64,000 nucleotides of DNA from Haliotis cracherodii (Eukaryota): positions 5,890,001-5,954,000 of the forward strand of contig NW_027266280.1 of assembly GCF_022045235.1 (NCBI RefSeq). Direction: 5' to 3'. The notes below the pieces were generated by a model, which saw nothing but the letters and a program-made list of their open reading frames with translations, had not been told where the DNA came from and made no database searches. Of this stretch, positions 36,803 to 50,623 are shown one piece after another; position 1 is the stretch's first letter; every line of letters begins with the position of its first letter. The position numbers and the translations under genes are program-made.

Positions 36803-39639
36803 CTGCAAATAACAAAATATTAGTCGGATTTTTAATCCCAAAGTAAGGATTCAATGTATTAAGGGTGCATTTGTTATATTATCTCATGGCACTAGTTAAT
36901 ATGTTGGAGTATAATTCATTTTGATTACTCCATTCATTCTCGTAAGAGTTGTCATGTTTGGTGTTACAGCTACTGTGACATGCATTACAGCAGCAACGCA
37001 CAACTTGTTGATTTGAAAATGTTCCAACTAATGGTAATTCAAGCTTATAGTTGTTCGAGTCTTATGAAACATCTTTCCAGGTCAGTTGCGTTCGATGCAC
37101 TATGGTTGGCATGCAAATTATCAGAGTGTAATGAGGGCACGGGTGGCCCAGTCGCTTCAGGCGCCGCGATTCGATGTGCAGAGTTGAGTCCCTTGGGCAC
37201 GCCAAAAACCTATGATTGTGGGTTCGCATCCGGGTTCGTTCCGATTATGTTTTTAGGTTTGTCAGCACCATACCCGTGCTCGTGGGTTTCACCGAAGTGG
37301 TTAACATCAGAGACCTGCATCACTTCGGGCTTTCCTCCCACATTTAGCTGACACGCCGTGATATGACTGGAATAATGTCAAAAACGGCGTTAAACACAAC
37401 TCACTCACTCACTCAGAGTGAAATGTACGAATAGTGGTTTAAAACATTAATACTCATGATCAATTTGCACAACAGGAGCCCTAACTCATGCTCCTGACCC
37501 AAACTCATTAAACAAACATGTGAAAATTGAGAGACAAAAGGATAACAATTAGAAGCTTTAACCGTTTCCGCATAATATCGTTATTATCTTGAATGAGTTA
37601 GTAATTGCAAAGTATTGGACATACCTCACTTTTAAGACAAGCAAGAGAAAATCTGACCACCCATGCATCCAGTTCAGTCCATCAAAAGAAACAATAAACA
37701 ATTGAAGCAAGTTATTCTAAGCATACGTTGTGTGCCTGCAAATTCGCCTCTTTCAAGTGTGTCAATCAAGCCGTTAATGGTTACACTGTTTACAATGACT
37801 TTCAGTTTGACATATGCCACTATATGGCCTTTACTAAGACTGGAAATGGGCTAAAGACCATGGATCATATGTGATACCGATAACTGATACAGAAATAATG
37901 TTCAAACCGCAAGCTTTCTATCGTTTCCTGAATTTCATTTATATTCGTAGAGTAGATCCGCTTCATTATGACATCACAGAAAGGTAACGCCATGATTACA
38001 AGAAGGGGTCGTTTATAATATCACTGAGGCAATATACGAACTTGTATTGAATTGTATTGGCATTAAAGTTGATAAAGGTTGTCTTAAATTATAAGTTTTA
38101 AATGTAAAGTTTACACGAAATACGGCTTTTCCATTGGACGAGAGGTCGATCACATGACCGCGAAACTGAAGTTTATACGTGTACGAACGACACACTCTGT
38201 TGTATATACGTTTTTCACGAGACTGTATTCTTGAAATGACTTACACACTGACGGTTTACTCGCACTTTCGTGGGGAAACCCCTGGGAATTCCCGAGCACG
38301 AATAAAAACAGGAGCATCGTTTCTCATCATTTAGGCCCTTTAATCCTGAACTTAGCGTTTTACCATACATTGGGAGAAGTTTCGAGGTGACGCAAGAGGT
38401 GACTATCGGGGTCGGGTGGTCAGGTTTGTTGATTTGCAATGCAAGTCAATGCATGTCATCGTATCCCACTTGCGTAGATCAATGCACTGGGATATTACTA
38501 GGTAGCACACAAACCTGCATTGAATTAAATGTAATAAAGGATTTCTTTCTTGAAGATAATTTATTTTTATCTTCATTTTACTCACAAATGTTAATGGAAT
38601 TTGATTGGAATGCAAATGTAGAGAACGATCAAGCATGATAAGTAAAATATTTCTTACCCGTAAAAGCTGGAAAAGAAAGTAGAAACGGGAAATGACAGCA
38701 ATAACATAAGGACATTACAGAATCCCTGCACAGTGTTAAACATTTTAGCTTTTTGCAGGATCAAGAAGCAGCATACGTACACTGATGATGTTATGGAATC
38801 AAACAACATTTCATTTCTGTTCATACAATAGAAATCACAATAAGTTAATACCGAACAGTAAGAGCTTGAACAGTATTTGCATGAAATGATATATGATACC
38901 TTTCTTGAAAATATATTCCTTTTGATCTTGATCTTTATCAATTTTAAATTAATGAAACGAGAATGCAAATGTAAAATATGAACAAGTAAGCATATATTAC
39001 CCCCCAAAAAAATGAAAATAGGAAAACTGATTTACAATGACACAAATGATAAATAATGTTTTTATTATTTACATACTCGCTTTATAGTTTTGTTCATACA
39101 ATTTATTATTTGTCATTGGGAAGAGATTAGATTAGTACATTTACACTTAAATGATTTTGACATATCTGCTGCGACTGAAACATAAATATGGTCATAGGTA
39201 TGTTTCCCCTACATGGTTGCATGGAGAGACTTTATCAATGCTATTTTAGCATGGAATGGCACTCTACTGACAGCCGTATAGTTTCACCAGGTTAGCTGTG
39301 TGTTGTAAACTCCGTTGTATTGCTTCATGAATCTTTGCATAAATATCAACCAGGTGGTACAGTGGCTCTTTGTTAGAATAGATAAGGACAGTTTGAATAT
39401 CTGTAATCCATGTGACTTATCAGATGGGAGGGCTTACCCACATTAAAAAGAAAGTGTAGTTTGACGTTAGCAACATGTCTAGCAAGACACCATTGTACAG
39501 CAATCAACCACATGAACTGAAACTTTTCACTGCTTTATGATCTTTTAATTTCATACTCTTTACATCGTCATATAAGTATGGAGGCACGTTGTGTCCAGGA
39601 TATTACCTTCAGAAGTGCATACATTATGTCCCATACATA

Positions 39640-39814
39640 CAGTAAACTACGGTTATAACGAACCCGCTTATAACGAACTGACGGATATAACGAACTTACT
39701 TTTTTGGTCCCGGCAATTTGCTGTAGTTATGCTGTATATATGCTTATAACGAACTACGGTTATAACGAGCTAAAATTATAGTCCCCTTGAGTTCGTTATA
39801 ACCGTAGTTTACTG
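39640..39814. mobile_element. Tc1/pogo-type MITE
   Basis: Perfect TIR CAGTAAACTACGGTTATAACGAAC / GTTCGTTATAACCGTAGTTTACTG with TA TSD. Confidence 0.9.
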
Positions 39815-39904
39815 TAATGTCTAATTTGAGGAGAAGCAAACGCTATCCAAATTAGTTTAAATAGTTCTGCCTTTCAGTGTGTGTGATATAAGATTCTTTT
39901 AATA

Positions 39905-40240
39905 TTGCCCTCGTAAAAAATGGTGGATGACACTCAAGACCTTAGTCCAAATCTATTTTTATTAGGCTTTCCTACATTGTTTTCACCATCCCCACCCTCT
40001 AGAGTACCAGATGGCCGGATTGATATTTCTATTTTGTTGATTTAGTTAACTTGCCTCTAAATGATATTGCACTCACAAAGAATGGTGGATATGTATCTAC
40101 TGATGACACTTGAGACCTCAGCCTATTTTTATTAGGCTCTCCTGCAATCAGTATTGTCACCATCCCCACCATCTAGAATACCAGATGGCCGGATTGATAT
40201 TTCTATTTTGTTGATTTAGCTAACTTGCCTCTTAATGATA
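39905..40240. repeat. About 175-bp local direct duplication
   Basis: ACCAGATGGCCGGATTGATATTTCTATTTTGTTGATTTAG occurs twice. Confidence 0.8.
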
Positions 40241-41220
40241 CCATAACAGTCGACATTGCTGTTAGTACATAAACAAGGTGTTCAGGCCCTCGTGCCTTAG
40301 CTATTATTATTTTGAATCTCGAGCCAGACTTAAGAAAACCCAGTGGTTAAGGAGTTCGTTCGTGACGCCGTACACCTGGGTTCTATTCCCCAATAGGAAC
40401 AATGTATTGGGCCCTATTCTAATCTCTCCCTCCGCGATATTGTTGGACTATTGCCAGACTCGGTATAAAACCATACCCACTCACTCGATCACTCACTAGA
40501 GCTACATATAGAACATTTCGTAGAACATCAAATGTTTGGTTAAAGCTACTTTGTTGGTTTGTTCGTCCATATATTTGTATACAACAATGAGTTATATGTA
40601 AACGTGTAGCGAGGAGGGCCTGATGGGCTTTTACCTCATTTTCAGTGTGATTGTGGTAGACAGGAAGGGTAGTTATCAGGAGCACGGCACGTGTCTCCCT
40701 GCAAGTGATCATACAATTATAACATCTTTCGGTAAATTCACACCACCTTATTTCGACCTTCGATCTATGTTTCTTTCAGACACTCTTTACCTCCGGCGTT
40801 TGATCATGGCCCGCCTTTTATTATTATTGTGTTATTTATGATTTACTCAGACCCATCTTCACTACTGTAGTTTAAAAGTTCTCTCAAATGCTTCTGTTTA
40901 GTAGGGACAATGTGTTACAATGTGTACACTAGTCACAATACAGTACGGTATTTCCAGTTATTATATTTTTTAGGTACCGCATACCCCGGCGTTTATTCGA
41001 GGCCTGGCGTCTATTCGAGATCGAGCTTGTAATCGAGGAAATACAGTATATCAAGAAGACCATGAAACAATAGTTTGAATGTACTTTATTTTCCCTACCT
41101 GCTAGAATGAAATACTCCTGACCCCGAAATTAGCTCTGAGGTTGTAAAACAAACTGAGGGACAGATAATTACGTGTATGTTCGTGAAACAAATACAACTG
41201 TAGATATTTTAATTACTTAC

Positions 41221-41284
41221 TGTCACAGGATATGATTTTACAGCTGAGAAGCAGTAAAAGAACGAGATAACGTCCAGTCGACAT
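41221..41284 (-). CDS. Gene A exon 1: signal peptide MSTGRYLVLLLLLSCKIISCD
   Basis: ATG with an in-frame upstream stop, a hydrophobic core and a GTAAGT donor in phase 1, matching the phase-1 acceptors of the repeat exons. Confidence 0.65.
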
Positions 41285-41839
41285 GTCTGATTAAAGTCTG
41301 ACAGCTATACAACTGTGCGTGACAGCAGTGCTTTTCAACTGCCAGATCACATTTACACACGTGACTACCTGAATATAGTGCATTCTATTCGCCAGCATTG
41401 AATCATCAGAACAAAGATTATTATGGGGTGGTGTGTTTGTGAGTGTACCAATGATTCGTAATATTAATGATTTGTCGGAGTTACGCCTCGTTGTAATCAG
41501 GTGCTATGGAGAAAGATACCCATATTTTCCAGTCCATGTAGGATGATGTTTCCATAATCAGACTCAGTCATTCACATGTATGTCATATTGTTACGTGCTG
41601 ATTCCTAATTGAAACAATATGTTAACCAAGAAATATGTACGTAAAAGTACTACCTGTGAAACCAACCAACAAACAACAAATGGTATCCAATCAACAATTG
41701 TATTACACAATTAACTAGGTTTACAAATCAAAGTACAATTTTCAATGGCACAATATATTATGTGCTATAATGGCAGTGGTCAGCTTCAAATACAAAATCA
41801 GTGACAATAATAACTTCATAAGTTCCTTTTCCACCTTTG

Positions 41840-44090
41840 CTTATACAGGCTGTGCCTGTGCGATGACCTTCAAAATTTACATGTGCCTGTGCAAATTCAC
41901 TTTTCACTAATCAATGGTCTCCGTGGCTTCAGTGAGTCCCTCGAAAAGTGCACGGATCCTGTTCAGGTGTTCGTCATACTCCATTGAATTGTTGATGATA
42001 TATCATCAACGCAGGCTTCGAAACCCACAGGATTGGCTGTAATGTCATTGATGAGACGCTGGACGGTGGCTTGAGCATTCTTGAGCCCAAATTACATTAC
42101 TTTGTAGTGAAAAAGTCCATCTGGAGTCACAAAAGCTGATACCAGCTTGGCATGCTCAGTCAGTGGAATCTGCCAATTCCCCTTCAACAGGTCAAACTTA
42201 TCTACCTATTTGGCTTGACCATTTCTGTCAATGGATCACCGATTCTTGGTCTTGTGTAAGATTCAGTTTTAGAAACAGCGTTCACACGTTACATGTCGGA
42301 ACAACATCTGTAACTACCATCAGGATTCGGCACAAGAATGATAGGTGAACTCCAGACATTTTGACATGGTTCAATAATGTCATTGTCCATTACATTACCT
42401 TCTTCGGAGCTTTAAGCTTGATTGGATCCATGCGGTAGAGATTTATAACACAGGGTCAGCATCATCTACATCTACACTATAGCTAAAATGGATAGAATTA
42501 TCTGAAACCGCCCGAATGTTATCAAATATGAGTGGGCCACTGTAACTTGATAATGCCCTCATACTGCTTGACGACGGGCCATTATCACGCCCGTTGTTAG
42601 GTGTCGTCATAGGATAGGAATAGGTGACGCCACGTTCAATAGTGACGTCATCTGGTTTGTTCTATGAGTCTTCCATTTTTGTAAAAGTGGATCAGTGACA
42701 TTATATTCGTGTTGATTGCAGTAGCTGTTTCAAAACCGATATTGTTGTTTCTTTTTATTTGATAACAAATTCCATCCATTTTAGGTTTAATAACGGTAAC
42801 GCTATTTTTCAGGGCATTATCATTTGCAGACGCCCTCGGTCTTCCGTCGGGCAGTTAATGGAAGACCTCGAGCTTCTGCAAATGATAATGCCCTGATAAA
42901 TAGCGTTACCCTTATATCATCATGACACACTAAGTCTGTACGGACAGGTACATCCGTTAACACGTTGTCAAACTCTTGAATTAACTCTGTCATTTGAGCC
43001 TTTTTGCTCAGATAACAAATGCCCAAACTTAGCATCCAAGTGAGTTAAAGCTTAAACTTCAGATTTGTTTAGCTTAGGACTTATCAGTATCACAATCTGA
43101 TACAATATCTACAGGAGAAACTGAGTAGGTACATTGTCATTTCTTTCGTGATACTTTCTAATCATGTTGACATGACAAAGATGTCGTTTTTACGATGGCC
43201 TGGTGATTGTACAACAAACTTTGTATCCTTGACTTTTTCTGTCAACAACATGAGGATTGTGGTACCTAGCATGTAATGGTTGACCAGGGATTGGTAGGAC
43301 TGAAATTTCTCTCTTGAGATTTTTTTGGCACAATGTACCATCATTTTTTTCCTGGGAATCCTTCAAGTTATCGCTAGCAACTTCACAACCTTTAGAATGC
43401 CCAGTCCGAAATGATGAGACATCGGCAAACAAACTCACTTCAGACCTATCATTAAGCCAATGGTCCTTTAAGTGCTTTTAAGTTCCATGAACAGTATTGG
43501 AAAAGACAAGGTCAAAAGGGCTAAAACCCAGGGACTCCTGAACTGACTCACTCACAGCAAACAGCAAGTGAATGCCTTCACCCCAGCCCTTCTCCGTCTG
43601 AAAACAGTAAGTCCTCATCATATCCTGAGAGTCTGATGAAACCTCTCTAAAGCACCTTGAAATCCAGTATGGTATGCACTATACTCAATCTGAGTTATGC
43701 CTAACTGGTACATAGGCTGTTGGAAAACACATGGCATGAAATGAGTCCTGATTTACAGAGTGTGGTTGACAAGTATATATACAGGTAGGAGGCAATGTTT
43801 ATACAGAAGAGTAGATATTAGATGTAGTTATCTACTCTACTGTATAACATTGCCTCCTACCTGTATACATACATGTCAACCACACTCTGTATATCACTTG
43901 CTTGAAACGTTGCTCTTAATTGTAATAAAGAAGTTGTTCATCCATAACTTCTGATCCTTACTTAGTATTCCACTTCTAAATGCCTATCAAAGAAGTTCTT
44001 GAAATAATAGCAAACTGGAACCTTGTCAGCTATAAGAGAGTGCCCCGTTGGTAAGAACGTTGAGTTCTGGGTCTTCCCCTCTGTAACATG
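41840..44090 (-). mobile_element. Gypsy LTR-retrotransposon relic with Gmr1-like domain order (integrase upstream of RT)
   Basis: Integrase SAYH..QGALERFHQTL...QESLGFSPFDLVF at 43750-43500 and LPIPGQPLHARY at about 43280 precede RT AFVTPDGLFHYKVM.FGLKNA...VDDI at 42140-41990. Confidence 0.85.
43756..43889. mobile_element. Fold-back MITE inserted in the Gypsy relic
   Basis: About 60-bp near-perfect arms CAGAGTGTGGTTGACA...TGTCAACCACACTCTG with TA flanks. Confidence 0.8.
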
Positions 44091-45403
44091 ACTAACTGTT
44101 CATTACCAAGAACTGTTTTTTTTCAAAAGCCAAAATTTAGACAGGTCAAGGTCAATTATGGACAGGTCCATATACTGGAATCATTCTCATCAGGCCCTCC
44201 TCGCTACACGTATACATATAGCTCGCTGTGGTATACAAATGTAGGGACGAACAAAACACCTCATGAAGGAACAAAACATGTGATGTATATTCTTTGCGCA
44301 CTTCTCTGATATAGGATTTGGTGATTCATTGTGACCGCTAATGATGTTTTCTATGTTTTTTTTAACTACGATGGTTTTCAAAAGGGATTGTCACGTGATC
44401 AGTGTGATTAATACCAGCTTGTATAGACATTTAAAATATGGAAACAATAAAGCACTGTAGGTAAACTGTTTTAGTGAAGAAAAGGTTTGCCTTAACCTCA
44501 GTGGGGGTTTGTATTTCAAACATCCAATAGAGATCCCACATATCTGCTCACATATCTCCTACATGGAATCAATGATTGATGCACCTTTCAGTTGTATTTG
44601 ATTGATCGTCTTCTCTTTATACACATCCAGGTAATGTTTATATCACACAACATGTCTGACCCTTTAGATTTTTATGGGTGAGTCATCTGTAATGCAATAC
44701 TACACATATGTCTCCCCGCGAGATATACATTTCACAGGCATCACAAATATGTACGCGCAGAGCCCAATGTAAACAATTCGATATAAAATCAAGAACGCAT
44801 CAGTCATTGAAGACATAACGACTGGTTATTGTGTTCCACATGAATCTATTGCTGTCCAGTGAACATTTATGCACTGGGTGACAGGTTTTCAATATTGTGC
44901 TCTTGGTGGCATGGAATCAATATGTTTTGTACATTAGAGTTGGGATTGAGTTTCACATCCAGACAATGTTATTCTCACTCAACATGTCTGACCATTTAAA
45001 TACAGGTCGATGGGTCATCTGTTATGCAATTCTTTTCCTGTCTCGAGGTAAGATATACCTCTCATTACAGATGTATGCACACAAAGCCCCGCGTAAGGAA
45101 ATAAGATAGATTCCAGCCAGATTAGCCATACGATGGCTGTTCCAAAACATTGGTCTTTTAACTAGTGAAGCAGTGATATAAAATTGCGACTATGCACGTT
45201 GCCCCACGTAAAGCTATTGCTGCCTGCGACAGGTAATCAATATGTCCCTTGCATGCAGACTGCAATTGTATTGTTCGCCATGTCTCGCATGGGTGGATAA
45301 GAGACAACAGTGTTAAGCGGCACACCACGGCAGGTTGCAGGTGCAACTGAGTCATTTTATACCTGTTTCAGTTGTTTGGACGGACATTTTCTGCCCAACT
45401 GCT

Positions 45404-47649
45404 ATGAGCATGTGGCCCCTGGGTTTCAGCCTCCTGTTACTGGCTGATGCTATAGGTGAGTGTTACCTCGGTGTGTATAAAGTAGTTATCTCAAGATAAA
45501 AGTGTGAAAACGATTGTTCCAGAAAAATGCATTCCATTATTAGATTCATCCATGTGTTAAGAATTCAGACTGGTAATTAAAATGTAAGTGAGTGATGTTA
45601 TGAACATTGATGATATGGCATATAATGTTACCTTGAAAAGTATGTTAGCATACATAAACATTAGCAACCTAAATTTGTAACGCAACGCAAAGAGTATTAC
45701 CAGACTCGATTATCCGGAACAGGTTAACTACACACATGTGTGAGCTGATCGATGCCATTGGTATTGCTAAGCTCTTTTACACAGTATACATAAAGGCAAT
45801 TATACTTGCATGGAGTCTATTTAATAATTCTGCACGAGCCTTCTTCCTATAGACGAGGCATTAATGGTGTTATCACTGATCCCTTCACATGTTTTCCCTT
45901 TAACACTAACTGGAATCTGTTTCGTCGGATTATCGAGACTGGCTGTCCTCTGGAGTTAATGTTTTATATTTACACTGAAATAAAACATGATCCTAACAGG
46001 AATTTACAGATGCCACTGATAAATATAGCAATGGCCAGTAAACCTGCCACTAAATCAAGGCCCTGATTTCCACTCCACTCAGCACCCGACCCCTTCACCG
46101 ACCACAAGTACATCTACGACAAGGGTGGTCGCAGTCCCAAATGTCCCTATCAGCCAGAGGAGTGTGACCGCTACATCAGCGAGAACTGGTACAAGGTGGT
46201 CAATTACTATGGAGCTCTGGAGCTGCCGTGGACATCAACAGCTGCGGCGCCAACTACCCAGGCTGGCTGAATGGTATGTTGTATGATTTAAGAAACATGA
46301 TTCTTCAGCACTGAAGTCTACAAAGCCTTTTTGATGAAGGTTGGAGGCAATGCATTTTCATAACCGAGCCCCATTGTCTCCCTTCTCTCTCATGCTTTAC
46401 TTTGTCCAGTCAACTGTCTGAATATAACCATCTCAAGAATGGATTATCCTTTGGCTTATTGTAAATCCTCATCACCATTGTAAAATGAAAAAATGGTATG
46501 AACGAAGTCTGATTGGTTGGTTTTTAGGTAGAGTACCTTTATACATATTTTAATTAAGAAAGACAAATGAAGCATATAACAGAAATACTAATATGTGACA
46601 CTTGTAGTTTACATTGATTGTTTTTTACACTTTATACTCAGGAACCCTTCCGTCCGACGCTGACTGTATTAGGAACATGCAGTTTGTGTCAGTTTCTACA
46701 ATGAACCCTGCAAAAAGCAAGTTACAATCCAGGTGAAAAACTGTGGCCATTTCTATGTATACTACCTAAAGAAGATGGACGGCTGTTCTGAGAGATACTG
46801 CTTTGGAAAGTTGAAATCATACAACGGCAAGGATACAACTTTTAGAACGTTTGGGAATACCCGTGCTTAACAAAGTTTCAACAAACGTCTCAACGTTCAC
46901 CAACATATGCTTATTCACTCACTATAACCACACCTGGTCTGAACATGAGAACGGGTTCCATGTACATCTAACTGCCGATATTAATAGTCGATACGACAAT
47001 GATCGTATTGTTGTTTGATTAATTTTACTTTTAAGTTGACGATTATGAATCAAAACTTTAACATAATCAACTTTTCAAAGTCAGATACATGATATGAACT
47101 AATACAACATATATATTTTCAGGTATTGTATTGATTATTTCCAATGAATGACATCATGTGTCGCAGGTACAGATGGCGATTGTCCAACTACCACAGTAGC
47201 ACCAACTACAGCAGCACCGACTACAGCAGCACCAACTACAGCAGCACCTACTACTGCCCAACCCACACTTACCCCTAGAACTGTCAATAATTATTGTGGT
47301 AATTACTAATGCATGAAAATTAAAAATATAATTGCTTAAATAATATTGTTCTGTCATAAATAAATATTGATACTTTATGTATAATGTCAGTTGTGTAGCA
47401 TATTATTTCATCAGTTTCGTTCCATCTTTACCTTTGTAAAAGGATTAAAGGACTATCATACCTTTTATGTGAACACGTTTCTAAACTGATAACAAAAGCC
47501 TCGTTATTAAACGTAAGAATTTCTCCTATATTAAATTTGACATATTTTTCTTTAAGAGTGCACCTCGGAGATCTACCGCACATTGACGATCTGTCTGGCA
47601 ACATTGGGGGCAGCAGCGGTGTTGTGTTTCCTATTAAAGCTATATTACA
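45404..47649 (+). pseudogene. Gene C: disabled D8C-domain type-I membrane paralogue
   Basis: Signal-peptide exon 45404-45455 (MSMWPLGFSLLLLADAI). D8C exon 46083-46273 has a 10-nt deletion and DPC>DPF. D8C exon 46642-46805 has a 1-nt deletion and a donor changed GT>GA. A (PTTAA)n stalk exon starts at 47167, and a TM exon lies at 47557-47649 (LTICLATLGAAAVLCFLL). Confidence 0.8.
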
Positions 47650-49369
47650 GTGAGTATTCTTAGATCAAACAATTGAGACATTGGTAATTTTACTTCTGTC
47701 TTTTAATAATGACACGCATACAAAGGTAATTGATACTGTTGAATTCAAGCAGCAATGCGTTGGAAGCAGCACGTTCAGATATTAAGCATGTGTTTGGAGT
47801 ATATATATTTTACAGATCCGAAAAAAGGTCAACATTGTTATTCAGTATTCATATATAAAATGTCTTCACAAAAAATGTCCACGCAGGTTGATAAACGTGT
47901 CTATGTACTTTTCTGACATTTAAAACAAACAAGAACAATTTTCATTCAGACTGTCAAAGAATCTCTCAAATCGTTGTAAGTGAGAGTAATTACTTTCGCG
48001 AAATACGAATAATATTTGGAGCTTAATAGTGTGTATCATAAATAGCTTATAAGGGGAATGGTATTATGATTATGTTTTTATTCGAAACACAAATTTTCAT
48101 GTAGTGCCATTCTTAAAACAATCAAAGTTAAAGACGCGTTTGCATTCACCAAAGGGAGCACGAGTGGCCCAGTCGTCTAAGGCCCCGTGAAGATTCCGGG
48201 ATAGAATAGGTCTTCAGCAACCCATGCTTGCCGTAAAAGGCGACTTTGCTTGTCGTAAAAGGCGACTAACGGGATCGGGTGGTCAGGCTTGCGGACTTGG
48301 TTGATACATGTCATCGATCCCAATTGCGTGGATCGATGCTCATGATGTCAATCACTGGATTGTCTGGTCCAGACTCGATTATTTACAGAGTGCCGTCATA
48401 TAGCTGGAATATTGCTGAGTGCGGCATAAAACAACAAACCAACCAACCAACCCAATCGGCTAAGGCGCCGCGATTCGCTGTGCAGAGTTGCGTCCCTTGG
48501 ACACGCCAGAAACCGGTTCGCCCCGATTATGTTTCTTGGTTTGTTCAGTTCCATACCCGTGCTCGAGGGTTTCACCGAAGTTTTAAACGTCTGAGACCTG
48601 CATCACTTCGAGCTTTCCTCCCACATTAAGATGACACGCCGTGATATACCTGGAATAAGGTTAAAAGCGGCGTTAAACCCAATTCACTCACTCACTCATT
48701 CACAAAAGGAAAAGTAACTCCTGAGTCAACCGACCATTATGTGATATAGCGCCAACTGATCTGCAGACATATTTGTTAACATGAGCACTCACACATCAAG
48801 AAACTACCTGGACGTTTTGAATCTTAGTACTCGTCACGCCGGTTTAGTGAGATTAATAAAAGGAGGTCTGGCTTGATATTAACATTTTCTTACTTATCGA
48901 TTGTATTACAAGGTATATAGGATCGCAGACACTCTCCATTATATGATAAATATAGTTGCATGCGTACTAGGTTGTATTTGATTCCGTTTAATAAACGTCA
49001 TTTGGAAGCAACAGATTGTATGTGGTTGTATTATTTGATCAGTCTATAAACTTTATCAATGCAAAACCAAATATTAAACTGTTGTTGGCATATGAACAAA
49101 AATCCACTTCTTTCATAACTTATACGAAGGTAGGTTGTATTCGGAACTAACATTTACAAATTTTCCAAACTTGTAAGAGATATTAGTTGCTATCAATCCA
49201 TGAACGCATTAAGTACATTACAACCAGTTGTGAAGTAGTAGATGTCATGACGATCTTGAAGGACGCTAGGGGTACGATGGGAAATTTCAAAGTTGACGTT
49301 TTTTTCATTAGTAGTGCGTAAAACCGCCGCGATTTGACAAACATTCTTTTACTTGACGACGGATACTGC

Positions 49370-50400
49370 GTATGACACTATGGTAGTTTGAGTTTGAGGG
49401 AGTCTGTCCCACCCCTCTTCTCCGCCTGGCCAAGTTCAGACAATGTGGTTTGCAGTCTATGACGTTGACGCATACGTCTCCCGAGAATTGACGATTCGTG
49501 CAAGATGAGCACGGGCGTTGTTAAACTGAAAGACAAAACGTCGACCAGTACACCTTGCAAACGAGACAACAACGGTGGCGGTATGCGCCGCCATAGTACT
49601 GTCCAGTGACTGTTGGGTTCGCTCAGTCACAGTGCTACAACCTCACACTATATTATCAGATCCCCCGCCAACTCTGTCATGAGGTGTCATGTTGACATTA
49701 GCTTGACGTTCATTTCGACGTTGCCAGAAACGACCACGCCTATCATGAAAGTGCAAATTGAATGGGGACTCATCTGAAAGCGACCAGCGACGATTAGCAG
49801 TCTCGACGTTGCGTACGCCATTGCGATCTATTCACAATATGACGATTTGTAAGGGGTCACAAAACACGTGGCCGTCGAGCATCGCTATAGGCGATTTCTA
49901 ATCGTCTGACCCGTAACTCTCACTATAGTACCTTGATTAAAGTTTTCCACAATTTGATTCGCCGTGTGAGCTCGAATTTGTAGATCGTAGTTTCGGATCA
50001 ATCAATCCTGCACTCTTGTCGTTGACCTGGGACACCCTGAACAGGGTCGATCATCAACATTTTTTAATTTGATTTGTTGGTACCTGTTCCAAAGTCCGCT
50101 AATCACACACTGTGAAACATTGAACGTATTGGACACTGCACCTTGACATCTGTCAGCTTTAAGCATGTCAATCGCAAGTAGACGATCCGCGCGTTGCAGA
50201 CGCCGCATCGCTCGTTCATTCGCAAAAAAAAGAAATTAACTCAAGTGAATCACAACTGTATGATACGCAGAATCAGTACAATTGAGAGAAATAATGGTCC
50301 ACAGAGACAAATCGACCTTCTTTGAAGGTGTCAAAATCAAGAAAGACACCCAACGCACCAGTGTAGCTCTACTGCTTGCGGAACGTGCACACGATAGGAT
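49370..50400 (-). mobile_element. Tc1 relic; related fragments at about 3040-3560 (-), 13090-13660 (-) and 19735-20340 (+)
   Basis: MRRL...VISGLWNRYQQ...VDDRPCSGCPRSTT transposase N-terminus and degenerate FSDES/GGG segments. Confidence 0.7.
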
Positions 50401-50461
50401 GTGTTTTGTTTTTAAGTGCTTCAGACATGAACGTTCTTTCACGGGATGTTTATCATCAACA

Positions 50462-50623
50462 GGGGCGATCGGGTAGCCTAGTGATTAAAGCGTCCGCTCG
50501 TCATGCCGAAGACCCGGGTTCGATTCCCGACATGGGTTCAATGTGTGAAGCCCATTTCTTGTGTTCCCCGCCGTGATATTGCTGGAATATTGCTAAAAGC
50601 GGCGTAAAACCATACTCACTCAC
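50462..50623 (+). mobile_element. SINE family A copy
   Basis: Full length with TSD TATCATCAACA. Confidence 0.9.

Larger units (their letters stand above)
22755..38598. repeat. Tandem segmental triplication, each unit carrying one repeat exon plus flanking introns
   Basis: Near-identical flanks recur three times, including a Penelope fragment and SINE A, C and B copies. Junctions are at about 30347 and 34949. Confidence 0.93.
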
